From: Promethearchaeota archaeon | Lineage (GTDB): Archaea > Asgardarchaeota > Hermodarchaeia > Hermodarchaeales > Hermodarchaeaceae | NCBI GenBank assembly: GCA_048938295.1 | Contig: JBHLMI010000020.1 | Location: forward strand, 11,796 to 43,795 | Direction of reading: 5' to 3' | DNA length: 32,000 nt | Shown: positions 24,328-32,000 of the stretch, piece by piece | Layout of the letters: the number at the start of each line of letters is the position of its first letter | Position numbering within the stretch: the first letter of the stretch is position 1 | Made by a program: the position numbers and the translations under genes | The notes under the pieces: model-generated | Told to the model about the DNA's origin: nothing | The model's database searches: none | What the model saw: only the letters and a program-made list of their open reading frames with translations

Positions 24328-25722
24328 ATGAAAACCATTCCAATAGTGGCTCTAGCGCTTGCATTGACAGTTGTCTTGGCTCCAATGACTACTACCGCCC
24401 TCCCACCTGAGACATATGTTCCAGGCAGTGAAGCAGCGATCTTTGATCACACATTCGCTGAGCATTTCTGGAGTAGCACGAAGACATTCACAAACGAGAC
24501 ATCAGGTGACAGTATCGAGATCATCATGCACAGCGTCAATTACCAAGGTGCTGGTGAATTCCAAGCGGCCCTGTTAGCTCTGGGCGATGTGTATATTGCG
24601 GAAAACGATACCAGTGCGACTTTACCCTATCAAATCTTCGGCATGCACTTCACAACTCCTGAAGGACATGAAATGTTTACTGGGGCAATTTTTGCCTTCA
24701 TGTTTGCCTTTAACGACACAAATGGCAACAATGTTCATAATCCCGGAGAAGATCAATGGTTTGTCATTCCATATGGATATGATAATCCAGAAAGCAATCA
24801 CACTGGCACTGATCCCACCGTTGAATCCATTGATATGACTAATCCCAATCCTGGTGAATACCGTTTTGGCGTTAGCTACAAGAATCTCTACGCGCGACTA
24901 GTTTCCACAGAAAATTGGTTAGCCTTCTGGCTAACCTTAGCAGTACCTTTCGTTGAAGTCCAAATTAGTGAACTGACATTCGAATATGTCATCAACGTAG
25001 ATGAATCGACTGGTGAAATTACCGCTGAAACTTTCTACACCATTGGGCAGGTCCAATCCTTGCATTTCCTCGGTCAGACACTCGATGTTCCTGACCAAGA
25101 AATTCACAACGCCCTAGCCAATGTTACTGTAGGTGTCGCACACCTGATAACAGCATGGGGTTCAACTTATCACGTCCACAACGGAAATCAACTCGATCCT
25201 CAACCTGCGGCCAATTGGATTTACGCAAACATCACTACCGATGCCCTTGGACGAGACCGCGCCTTCGCAGTTGGTGTCCGAGGAACCTATGATCTCCAAA
25301 ACGAAACAACTGAACCTTACCCAACGCTCAACGCAAGTCTTCCAGCATATAGTTGGATCTTGTCGCCTGCGCTCTTTTCACTTGAAACGTTGCTTGTGCT
25401 CTGGCAATTACCACTCTCAGCAGACTTTCTAGCTTTGTGGGCGTACGCTATCAGTCCAACGATGCAATCGATGTACACTGGACCTCGCGCGCTCTACCAA
25501 CACGCCTATGAAAACTTTAACAAGATTGCCTTCTGGTACGCAATCACCTTCCCCAAGTTTGGCGGATATCGTATTGTCCACGATCCCGTGTATACAGCCT
25601 ACTCCAATGTTGGACAGGTTGCACCTCCAGGTATCCCCGGATTCCCATGGGAAGCCATCCTGATTGGCGTCGTCGTCTGCGTGGTTGCTGTCTTCCTCGT
25701 TCGCCGCCGTAAGAAAGCGTAA
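24328..25722 (+). CDS. Secreted glycoprotein of unknown family, paralog B, with a PGF-type C-terminal sorting signal
   Basis: MKTIPIVALALALTVVLAPMTTTA signal peptide; 8 sequons; collinear motifs with paralog A; ends PGIPGFPWEAILIGVVVCVVAVFLVRRRKKA. Confidence 0.87.
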   Translation: MKTIPIVALALALTVVLAPMTTTALPPETYVPGSEAAIFDHTFAEHFWSSTKTFTNETSGDSIEIIMHSVNYQGAGEFQAALLALGDVYIAENDTSATLPYQIFGMHFTTPEGHEMFTGAIFAFMFAFNDTNGNNVHNPGEDQWFVIPYGYDNPESNHTGTDPTVESIDMTNPNPGEYRFGVSYKNLYARLVSTENWLAFWLTLAVPFVEVQISELTFEYVINVDESTGEITAETFYTIGQVQSLHFLGQTLDVPDQEIHNALANVTVGVAHLITAWGSTYHVHNGNQLDPQPAANWIYANITTDALGRDRAFAVGVRGTYDLQNETTEPYPTLNASLPAYSWILSPALFSLETLLVLWQLPLSADFLALWAYAISPTMQSMYTGPRALYQHAYENFNKIAFWYAITFPKFGGYRIVHDPVYTAYSNVGQVAPPGIPGFPWEAILIGVVVCVVAVFLVRRRKKA

Positions 25723-25750
25723 CCGCCCTGTGGAAAAACCACATCAATCC

Positions 25751-25794
25751 ATCCGCTCATCTATCATGATTGGGCGGATCCCTTCTCCTTTTTT
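25751..25794 (+). terminator. Hairpin plus T tract after paralog B
   Basis: ATCCGCTCA (25751-25759) pairs with TGGGCGGAT (25771-25779, one G-U), then CCCTTCTCCTTTTTT; a small TGTGG/CCACA hairpin precedes it. Confidence 0.6.
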
Positions 25795-25879
25795 AAAACC
25801 ACTACTGTGGATACACAGTTAGTCGAATGCAATAGGAAGAGAGTATTGGTTAAAAACTTAGAAAGTCAACACTGTTAAC

Positions 25880-26575
25880 ATGCCTATCCGGGAAATCATC
25901 GAAATTGATGAAGAGAAATGCACGGGCTGTGGCGAATGTATTCCCAACTGCGCTGAAGGCGCATTACAGATCATCGATGGGAAAGCGAAGCTGATTCGCG
26001 ATGATCTATGTGATGGGCTTGGCGCGTGTCTAGGTCATTGCCATATAGGTGCATTGAAGATTATCCACCGAGAAGCCCCAGACTTTGATGAAGAAGCCGT
26101 GGAAAAGCACCTGGCTAAAAGTGTGCCAGCAGGATGTGTGTCCTGCGATGTTAAAGTTGATGGACTCACCGCTGGAACCACAACCCATCTTAGCGGAGAG
26201 GTCGTGCCTATTGGACAGCGACAATGGCCGATTGCATTACGGTTGGTTTCGGTCAATGCCCCGTTTTTCAAGGAGTCCGACTTGTTAGTTGTCGCCGATT
26301 GTGTACCCTTTTCCTATCCGCAGTTTCAGCAGGAATTCTTGAAGGACCGAGTGCTGGTTTATGGGTGTCCGAAGTTCGATAATGCTCAGTATTATGTGGA
26401 GAAACTCACAGAGATTTTTCAGAACAATTCCATCAAAAGTGTAACAATGGTGAAGATGGAAGTCCCCTGTTGTTCCGGTCTCCAACGAATCGTTGAACTC
26501 GCGCTCAAGCAATCTGGGAAAAAAATCTTAGTGAAAAACATCACCATTTCATTACAAGGATCAAAGAAGCCGTAG
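25880..26575 (+). CDS. 4Fe-4S dicluster protein of the family usually found beside hybrid-cluster (Hcp) and stress genes
   Basis: CTGCGECIPNCAEGA, CDGLGACLGHC, QWP..L.LV, ADC, GCPKFD, MEVPCC. Confidence 0.85.
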   Translation: MPIREIIEIDEEKCTGCGECIPNCAEGALQIIDGKAKLIRDDLCDGLGACLGHCHIGALKIIHREAPDFDEEAVEKHLAKSVPAGCVSCDVKVDGLTAGTTTHLSGEVVPIGQRQWPIALRLVSVNAPFFKESDLLVVADCVPFSYPQFQQEFLKDRVLVYGCPKFDNAQYYVEKLTEIFQNNSIKSVTMVKMEVPCCSGLQRIVELALKQSGKKILVKNITISLQGSKKP

Positions 26576-26591
26576 CATCCGAATTGTGACT

Positions 26592-27089
26592 CTAGCTTGA
26601 TGATGGCACGCGCCCAATATCATCGACAGCGTGTTGGATTTCACCATAAGGAGGCTCGATGGCGGCGTTGTCCGTGACCCATTTCCATCGGATGAACCCT
26701 TCTGGACTTATGACGAAGACTGCGCGTTTTGCGAAGGTGTAATCCTTAAGTGTTCCTAAACCTTCTCCGACCACATCATAGGCACGGATAACGACACGAT
26801 TATAATCACTAAGAATGGGGAAAAGGAGGCGATTCTGTTCCGCGAAAGCCTTGTTAGTGAACGGGTCATTCACGCTAATGGCAATGACTTGGGCGTTCAT
26901 AGATTCGAAGTTGGCAAGACTATCACGAAAGCTACATAGCTCCTTCGTGCAGACAGCGGTGAAGGCACCGGGGAAGAAGACGAGAACAACAGTCTGTCCT
27001 TTGAACTCTTTTAGGGTGCGTTGATTTAAGTCGGTGTCATAGAGTTTGATTGGGGGAGCGGATTGACCTATTTGCAAACGTAAGGACAT
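26592..27089 (-). CDS. Peroxiredoxin, BCP/PrxQ type
   Basis: FFPGAFTAVCTKELC (PxxxTxxC with a resolving CxxxxC), LSD, RAVFVI; start refined to ATG 27089. Confidence 0.9.
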   Translation of the reverse strand: MSLRLQIGQSAPPIKLYDTDLNQRTLKEFKGQTVVLVFFPGAFTAVCTKELCSFRDSLANFESMNAQVIAISVNDPFTNKAFAEQNRLLFPILSDYNRVVIRAYDVVGEGLGTLKDYTFAKRAVFVISPEGFIRWKWVTDNAAIEPPYGEIQHAVDDIGRVPSSS

Positions 27090-27235
27090 GAATATTCTAC
27101 CTGTAGCCTTGTATGAAATAATGTAGGTCAAAAAGATTCTGGCTAAAAAACATACATATCCAACCTGCCTAAATCCTTTTGAAAGGGGAGGTATGCATTT
27201 AGAGGTTAGAATTGGAGTCAAAAGAGGTTTTTCAG

Positions 27236-28630
27236 ATGCCGCAACCTAAACTTGGATTAATCACTCCAAATGAGCTGGCCTTGTTCATAGATTATTATGA
27301 GTTGACAAGCACCAAAGCTGATTTCGACCATGAAAACGATGCTGTGGTCACTCAAGAGTACTTTGTGCGTTTGATACCGTTTGGAAGCTATTTGGTTGCA
27401 GCAGGATTAGAGCAGGTTATTGCATTTGTGCAGAACCTTCGATTTGAAGAGAAGGATTTGGGATGGTTGGAAGCCACATCAGGGCCTGACTTTCGAAATG
27501 GCTTTTTAGATTTTCTCATGAACTTTAAATTCAGTGGAGATATCTATGCAGTGCCTGAGGGAACAGTGGTCTTCCCCAACGAGCCTATCATAAACGTAAC
27601 TGGACCCACTATAGAGGTACAGCTTCTTGAAACGTATTTACTGAATGTGATGAACTTCCAGTCACTGGTAGCAACAAAAACCGCTCGGATGGTCGATGTG
27701 GCCGGTGAACGAACTGTCGTGGATTTCGGTGCACGTCGTGCACATGGACGAGACGCTGCACTCTTAGCTGCCCGTGCAGCGTACCTTGCCGGAGCCACTG
27801 GAACCTCACTTGTGTTGGCAGGCAAAACCTGGGACATCCCATATATTGGCACCATGCCCCATTCTTTCATTCAGAACCGCCCAGACGAGATACAAGCCTT
27901 CCGAGAATATTCAGCTTCATTTCCTCATAACACCATCCTACTCGTAGACACCTATGACAGCCTTCAGGGCGTACGCAATGCCATAACCGTTGGAAAAGAA
28001 TTGCATGAGCAAGGATACCGTCTCACCGGGATTCGATTAGATAGCGGCAACCTAGCAAATTTGTCCATCGAAGCCCGTAAGCTGTTGGACGAATCGGGAT
28101 TCGAAAACACGAAAATCTTTGTCAGTAGTGATCTTGACGAATATCGTATCGAGGAATTGATTCGCCTAGGTGCCCCGATCGATGGATTTGGTGTTGGTAC
28201 CAGACTTGTTACCGGAGCGAATTTCAACCCCATAAGCCGGGAAGGCGGAGTATCAGCACTTCAGGGCGTCTACAAGCTCGTTGAACGCATTGAAAAAGAT
28301 GGCTACCCCATTCCCAAAACCAAACTTAGTACTGACAAAGTATTGTTGCCTTATCGTAAACAAATCCACCGCTTAACCGATAATGAGGGACTGTTTAATC
28401 GGGATATTATTGCACGATGGGATGAAGAGATTCCAGATTCTAATCCCCTCTTGATACCGATTATCGAAAAAGGAGTCCTAACCTACGATTTTCCATTATT
28501 AGAAGAAAGTCAGCAATATTGCCGAGAACAGCTAGCACTCCTACCAAAATCGTATCGATTACTCAGTGAAGCACCAGTCTTCCCGGTCAAACTCAGTCCG
28601 CAACTAGAAAAAGTAGGCACATCGACCTGA
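27236..28630 (+). CDS. pncB: Nicotinate phosphoribosyltransferase
   Basis: DYYELT, VPEGT.VFPNEP, LET.LLN..N.QSL.ATK..R, DFGARRAHG, GTMPHS, LVDTYD, GIRLDSG, GVGT.L, VYKLVE. Confidence 0.96.
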   Translation: MPQPKLGLITPNELALFIDYYELTSTKADFDHENDAVVTQEYFVRLIPFGSYLVAAGLEQVIAFVQNLRFEEKDLGWLEATSGPDFRNGFLDFLMNFKFSGDIYAVPEGTVVFPNEPIINVTGPTIEVQLLETYLLNVMNFQSLVATKTARMVDVAGERTVVDFGARRAHGRDAALLAARAAYLAGATGTSLVLAGKTWDIPYIGTMPHSFIQNRPDEIQAFREYSASFPHNTILLVDTYDSLQGVRNAITVGKELHEQGYRLTGIRLDSGNLANLSIEARKLLDESGFENTKIFVSSDLDEYRIEELIRLGAPIDGFGVGTRLVTGANFNPISREGGVSALQGVYKLVERIEKDGYPIPKTKLSTDKVLLPYRKQIHRLTDNEGLFNRDIIARWDEEIPDSNPLLIPIIEKGVLTYDFPLLEESQQYCREQLALLPKSYRLLSEAPVFPVKLSPQLEKVGTST

Positions 28631-28636
28631 GGGATC

Positions 28637-29185
28637 CTACTTCTTGAGATCTTTGATAATGGCATCTGATTCGGTTATGTTTGCGGCGTAGTATTCTTTC
28701 AGATACGCTAATCCCGATTCATGATCTTCCTTTGTGAAGGAATCAACACCATTTTCGGGAATCTGAATTTTGTATCCTCGGAAGAAGGCATCAGCGGCGG
28801 TATGACGAACACATAGATGAGTATGAAGCCCAGTGAGAACCACAGTGTCGACTTTACGACTACGAAGAATCGAATCTAATGGAGTTTCGAAGAAGCTGCT
28901 GTATACGTGTTTACCAATAATGATATCGTCTTTTTCGGGCGTTAATTCCGGGATGACCTCGGCGCCTTTTGTGCCTTCAATGGCATGAGCACCCCACCTT
29001 TCCATTTCAAAATCTGTATCGAGATGGCTGTCATTCACGAAGATTACAGGAAGCTTGTGCTTGTGAAAGGAGTTCATGAGATTACGAATGTGAGGAATGA
29101 TTCGTTGGGCTCGTTCACATTTTAGGGAGCCGGTTACAAAATCATTTAACATGTCAACGATGATTAATGCCTTCATTGTAATCAA
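28637..29185 (-). CDS. pncA: Nicotinamidase / isochorismatase-family cysteine hydrolase
   Basis: IVDMLNDF, HA..GT.G, K..YSSF, G..T..CV..TA; convergent with pncB. Confidence 0.8.
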   Translation of the reverse strand: MITMKALIIVDMLNDFVTGSLKCERAQRIIPHIRNLMNSFHKHKLPVIFVNDSHLDTDFEMERWGAHAIEGTKGAEVIPELTPEKDDIIIGKHVYSSFFETPLDSILRSRKVDTVVLTGLHTHLCVRHTAADAFFRGYKIQIPENGVDSFTKEDHESGLAYLKEYYAANITESDAIIKDLKK

Positions 29186-29250
29186 CAGTGTAAAGATGAC
29201 CTCAGGATAAAAGGCTATTGAACTGTCGATAGGAGCTTCTAAGTTCTTAT

Positions 29251-29289
29251 TTCTTAACTATGTTAAGAAGTGCACTACAAATATAAAGA
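29251..29289 (+). promoter_or_regulatory. 19-bp palindromic operator plus TATA box of ferritin
   Basis: TTCTTAAC-TAT-GTTAAGAA (29251-29269, perfect), 11 nt before ATATAAAAG (29281). Confidence 0.62.
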
Positions 29290-29337
29290 GGGAGTGTCAA
29301 CGCACGACTAACATTACACTTACGGAAGTGATAATGC

Positions 29338-29832
29338 ATGGAAATTAGCGATGACTTAGAAAATGCAATGAACGACCAGCTCAACTTCGAACTCTATTCT
29401 GGGTACATTTACCTGTCAATGGCAGCATATTTTGAAGATAAGAATCTCCTTGGTATGGCCCATTGGATGAAAGTCCAGGCTGGCGAAGAATACAAACACG
29501 CCATGCGATTCTGGACACATATCAGTGATCGTGGTGGTCGTGTAAAACTGACTGAAATCAAAGCTCCTGAAATCGACTGGGAGTCACCTCTGAATGCGTT
29601 TCTAACTGCCTACAAGCATGAAAAACTTGTCACTGATCGTATCTTTAAAATAGGTAAGTTAGCTGAAAAACTAGAAGATAAGTCTGCGATCCCAATGCTC
29701 AACTGGTTTTATAATGAACAGATTGAGGAGGAAGAACAGACCAAACGTATCGCACTCTTGCTGAAAGAGATTGGTGATAATAAAGGCGCACTATTAATGC
29801 TCGATGCCAAACTCGGACAACGAGGGGAATAG
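29338..29832 (+). CDS. ftnA: Non-heme ferritin
   Basis: N.Q.N.ELYS.Y.YLSMAAYF, EE..HA, HEK.VT, L.WF..EQ.EEE ferroxidase motifs. Confidence 0.96.
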   Translation: MEISDDLENAMNDQLNFELYSGYIYLSMAAYFEDKNLLGMAHWMKVQAGEEYKHAMRFWTHISDRGGRVKLTEIKAPEIDWESPLNAFLTAYKHEKLVTDRIFKIGKLAEKLEDKSAIPMLNWFYNEQIEEEEQTKRIALLLKEIGDNKGALLMLDAKLGQRGE

Positions 29833-29876
29833 CTACTAACTAATGTGATCTTTTCAGAGACACCCCTTTTTACCGC

Positions 29877-29922
29877 AGAGGGTTGGTTGAAGCCACCCAT
29901 CTGCAACCCTCTTTTTCTTTCC
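29877..29922 (+). terminator. Hairpin plus T tract after ferritin
   Basis: AGAGGGTTG (29877-29885) pairs perfectly with CAACCCTCT (29904-29912), followed by TTTTCTTTCC. Confidence 0.6.
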
Positions 29923-30010
29923 TTTATAATAGCCTGAGAGAAGACGAAATCTATTTCAGTATCTTCAATCCGAATACTAGTGGGTTTTGCAATTGGAAGG
30001 CAGATCGTAT

Positions 30011-30139
30011 ATGGCACAAGTTCAAAGCATTGGAGAAATGTATCGTTGCCTTATCTGTGGAAATGAGGTTGAAGTGACTGCTGCAGGCGGTGGAAAGATA
30101 GCCTGTTGTGGTCAACCGATGCTTCGAGTTGGACGATAG
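30011..30139 (+). CDS. Stand-alone desulforedoxin (desulfoferrodoxin N-terminal FeS4 domain), 42 aa
   Basis: Not in the ORF track. [42 protein letters not shown] has the YxCxxCGN...GGG...CCGQPM signature; SD-like GGAAGG upstream. Confidence 0.93.
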   Translation: MAQVQSIGEMYRCLICGNEVEVTAAGGGKIACCGQPMLRVGR

Positions 30140-30211
30140 TAGGAAATTATAAGGCAGGCAAACACATCCACCAGCACCGAATTTACACCTTATTCAATAG
30201 GAGGTATTCAA

Positions 30212-30712
30212 ATGGGAACTAAAGGTCGTGAAATTGTCAAATATGACCTCAAAGAACTAATCGAATTACTGAACAAAGCGTTAGCGGATGAATGGTTAGC
30301 GTATATCCAGTATTGGAATGGGGCAAAAGTTGTGGTTGGCCCAATGCGTGCTGTAGTCGCTGGTGAACTTGAGGAACACGCCGGTGAAGAACTGGAACAC
30401 GCTGAAATGCTCGTAGATCGAATCATTCAGCTGGGGGGCACTCCGATTCTGACTCCATCCGAATGGATGTCAAAGACAAATTGTGGCTATGAAGCGCCAA
30501 CTGATCCATTCGTTGTTCCGATTCTGAAACAGAACATCAAGGGCGAACAGTGTGCCATCAAAACCTATTCTGCAATCATTGAGAAAATCAAAGGCAAGGA
30601 TCCAATAACTACACACATCATCTACAAAATCTTGGCAGACGAAGTGGGTCACGAAGAGGACCTCGAAGTCATCATGGATGATATCGAAGCCGCGAAGAAA
30701 TACTACAAATAA
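30212..30712 (+). CDS. DPSL / bacterioferritin-like ferritin-superfamily protein
   Basis: LNKALADEWLAY.QYW, EELEHAEML.DRIIQLGGTP, NCGY, GEQCAI..Y, IL.DEV.HEEDL; SD GGAGGT. Confidence 0.9.
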   Translation: MGTKGREIVKYDLKELIELLNKALADEWLAYIQYWNGAKVVVGPMRAVVAGELEEHAGEELEHAEMLVDRIIQLGGTPILTPSEWMSKTNCGYEAPTDPFVVPILKQNIKGEQCAIKTYSAIIEKIKGKDPITTHIIYKILADEVGHEEDLEVIMDDIEAAKKYYK

Positions 30713-30779
30713 AACGAATCGATGAACCAAATATTACGAGCCGAGGAAGTTACCAGCCGGTTCGCAGTTTCTTTTCTTT

Positions 30780-31706
30780 TTAAAAACCTAAGACTACCAG
30801 CCACACTCCACTTATAGTCAGAAAAGTTCCCAGAAGGATGAGCGGAGTGACCTTCTCCTTGAGGAAGAGAATGGTAAAGGGGAGTGCGAAGAGGGGAGCC
30901 GTTGCAGCGATGACAGAAGTTACCGCGGCGCCTGTGAAGAAGACAGCATTGACATAAAGGATGGACCCAACCCCCATACCAAAGAAGCCGGCTATAGCCA
31001 CAATTTTTGTTGCACGCTTAGTGGGCATGGACATACCCTGCCGTCTTGCAATCAGAAAGAGGGGCAGAAGAAAGACGGAGCCAATAAGTATGCGAATGAG
31101 ATTCGAATCAATCGGATCAGCCCCCACTAAACCGACCTGCAGTATCACGGTGGCGCTGGCCCAACTGAGAGCCGCCAAAATAGCGAGAGCCACGCCGATT
31201 ACGTCGAATCTTCTTCGCGCATGTTCATTGGTGTTTTCAGGTATATCCTTAGACTGTCGAGCTTGTTCGCGAGTGATGCTGATGATTCCGATGATAGCAA
31301 GAATAACCCCTGCGAATCGGGTGAGTAGGAGGGGTTCACCGAGTAAAACAAAAGAGAAGAAGTAGGTGATAATTGGAAAAGCCATCGCAATGGGAAATGC
31401 TCGAGATACTCCAATACGAGATTGACTAGTCAAATACAGAAGATCGCCAATCCCAGGGCCAAGGATGATTGAGGATGCGAGAAATGGAACAGCACCAAGA
31501 GGGACATTAAATCCTGTAGGATAGAGCAGCAACAGGGCAACAACCACGATAACAGGAAGGGCAATCCACATCTTGTATGCGTTGATGGCGATAGGCTGAA
31601 TTTCTTCACTTTGCGATTTGTAGACCACATTGGACATGCCAAACAGGGCAGCACCAAGGAGGCCCATGAAGACACCGCTAAGAAACAGCTCAGAAGGAAC
31701 AACCAT
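30780..31706 (-). CDS. EamA/DMT family transporter
   Basis: About 10 TM helices in two repeats; G.G..LY..S...IGVSRA.PI and P.FA..F..LFLKEK.T motifs. Confidence 0.9.
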   Translation of the reverse strand: MVVPSELFLSGVFMGLLGAALFGMSNVVYKSQSEEIQPIAINAYKMWIALPVIVVVALLLLYPTGFNVPLGAVPFLASSIILGPGIGDLLYLTSQSRIGVSRAFPIAMAFPIITYFFSFVLLGEPLLLTRFAGVILAIIGIISITREQARQSKDIPENTNEHARRRFDVIGVALAILAALSWASATVILQVGLVGADPIDSNLIRILIGSVFLLPLFLIARRQGMSMPTKRATKIVAIAGFFGMGVGSILYVNAVFFTGAAVTSVIAATAPLFALPFTILFLKEKVTPLILLGTFLTISGVWLVVLGF

Positions 31707-31848
31707 GATGAATCGCCCATTTCGCAGCTCCTATTCCCAAGGAGAGACTCCGATATGTGAGTTGAGTCTAAAAACCTTGCAGAGAGGGAAGTTTTTTGAA
31801 GAGGATATGAACAAATGGGGTACACCTTGGACGTGGAGGTTACTTCCA

Positions 31849-32000
31849 ATGTATCCTATTGATATTCTGCTTGATGAACACAAATTAGTTGAAAGAGTTT
31901 TTACCATCATAGAGAAAGCCCGAGATAAACTACAGGATAAAGAAGAAATTCCAGCCCCGATTTTTTGGAAAATCGTAGAGTTCATTCGTGGATACGCAGA
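31849..32000 (+). CDS. Hemerythrin/HHE cation-binding domain protein (5' part; runs off the window)
   Basis: Not in the ORF track. MYPIDILLDEHKLVERVF...IVEFIRGYAD matches the L..EH..I.R...F.R.YAD(..HH.KEE) pattern; SD GGAGGT at 31835. Confidence 0.8.
   Translation, partial: MYPIDILLDEHKLVERVFTIIEKARDKLQDKEEIPAPIFWKIVEFIRGYA

Noticed and set aside
27090-27235. Possible NAD/nicotinamide riboswitch upstream of pncB
   Set aside because: Only a 4-5-bp stem (CCTTT/AAAGG) and no recognisable NAD-I/II motif; the region is more simply a divergent promoter.
29833-29930. Iron-responsive-element-like RNA after ferritin
   Set aside because: No CAGUGN loop or bulged C; better explained as a 3' hairpin plus U-tract.
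29883-30077. 64-aa plus-strand ORF in the track
   Set aside because: Out of frame with, and overlapping, the unambiguous desulforedoxin gene.
1234-31849. Other short overlapping ORFs in the six-frame track
   Set aside because: All lie antisense to or in alternate frames of well-supported genes and lack motifs or ribosome-binding sites.
31731-31985. 84-aa minus-strand ORF in the track
   Set aside because: Antisense to the hemerythrin-domain gene, which has an SD and a family motif.
1-32000. CRISPR arrays, tRNA/rRNA genes, transposases/integrases, Sec/Pyl read-through
   Set aside because: No spaced direct repeats, cloverleafs, DDE or tyrosine-recombinase motifs, or in-frame TGA/TAG interrupting conserved domains were seen on manual reading. 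tRNAscan-SE, Infernal and CRISPRCasFinder would be needed to exclude them formally.

Overview
Archaeal chromosomal window. Evidence: GGTGA/GGAGG Shine-Dalgarno sites, TTTA(T/A)A TATA boxes, mtd, trmI, tungsten-type AOR, a split nuoJ and a PGF-type C-terminal sorting signal. An anaerobic H4MPT/F420-using lineage such as Asgard or Bathyarchaeia is plausible, but the taxon cannot be fixed from sequence alone. Left arm (1-7.8 kb), energy metabolism: a broken, divergently arranged complex I/group-4-hydrogenase-like operon (nuoJ1-J2-K-L on minus, nuoA-B-C on plus, mobB between), mtd, an FpoF/FrhB-family flavoprotein, osmC and hypD. Middle (9.2-16.2 kb): SCP2, Fe-ADH and AOR, a metallophosphoesterase, a PLP dehydratase, a multi-zinc-finger protein and trmI. 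Two uncharacterised cell-envelope modules follow. (i) 16.3-21.7 kb: two tandem YdjG-like Zn-ribbon membrane proteins, an all-helical protein and a YdjI-like SPFH/Zn-ribbon protein, interrupted by a CDF-NifX fusion. This resembles the PspA-partner module of Bacillus but has no recognisable PspA. (ii) 21.9-25.7 kb: two paralogous secreted, membrane-anchored glycoproteins flanking a membrane-tethered wHTH-RDD regulator, with a perfect palindrome before the second paralog. Right arm (25.9-32 kb): iron/oxidative-stress genes (Fe-S protein, PrxQ, ferritin, stand-alone desulforedoxin, DPSL, hemerythrin) mixed with the pncA/pncB NAD-salvage pair and an EamA transporter. Four real genes missing from the ORF track were found by hand translation: partial nuoL, a small MobB-C-like ORF, desulforedoxin and a partial hemerythrin. 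No rRNA, tRNA, CRISPR array or transposase was seen. All family calls come from motif recognition, not database searches.
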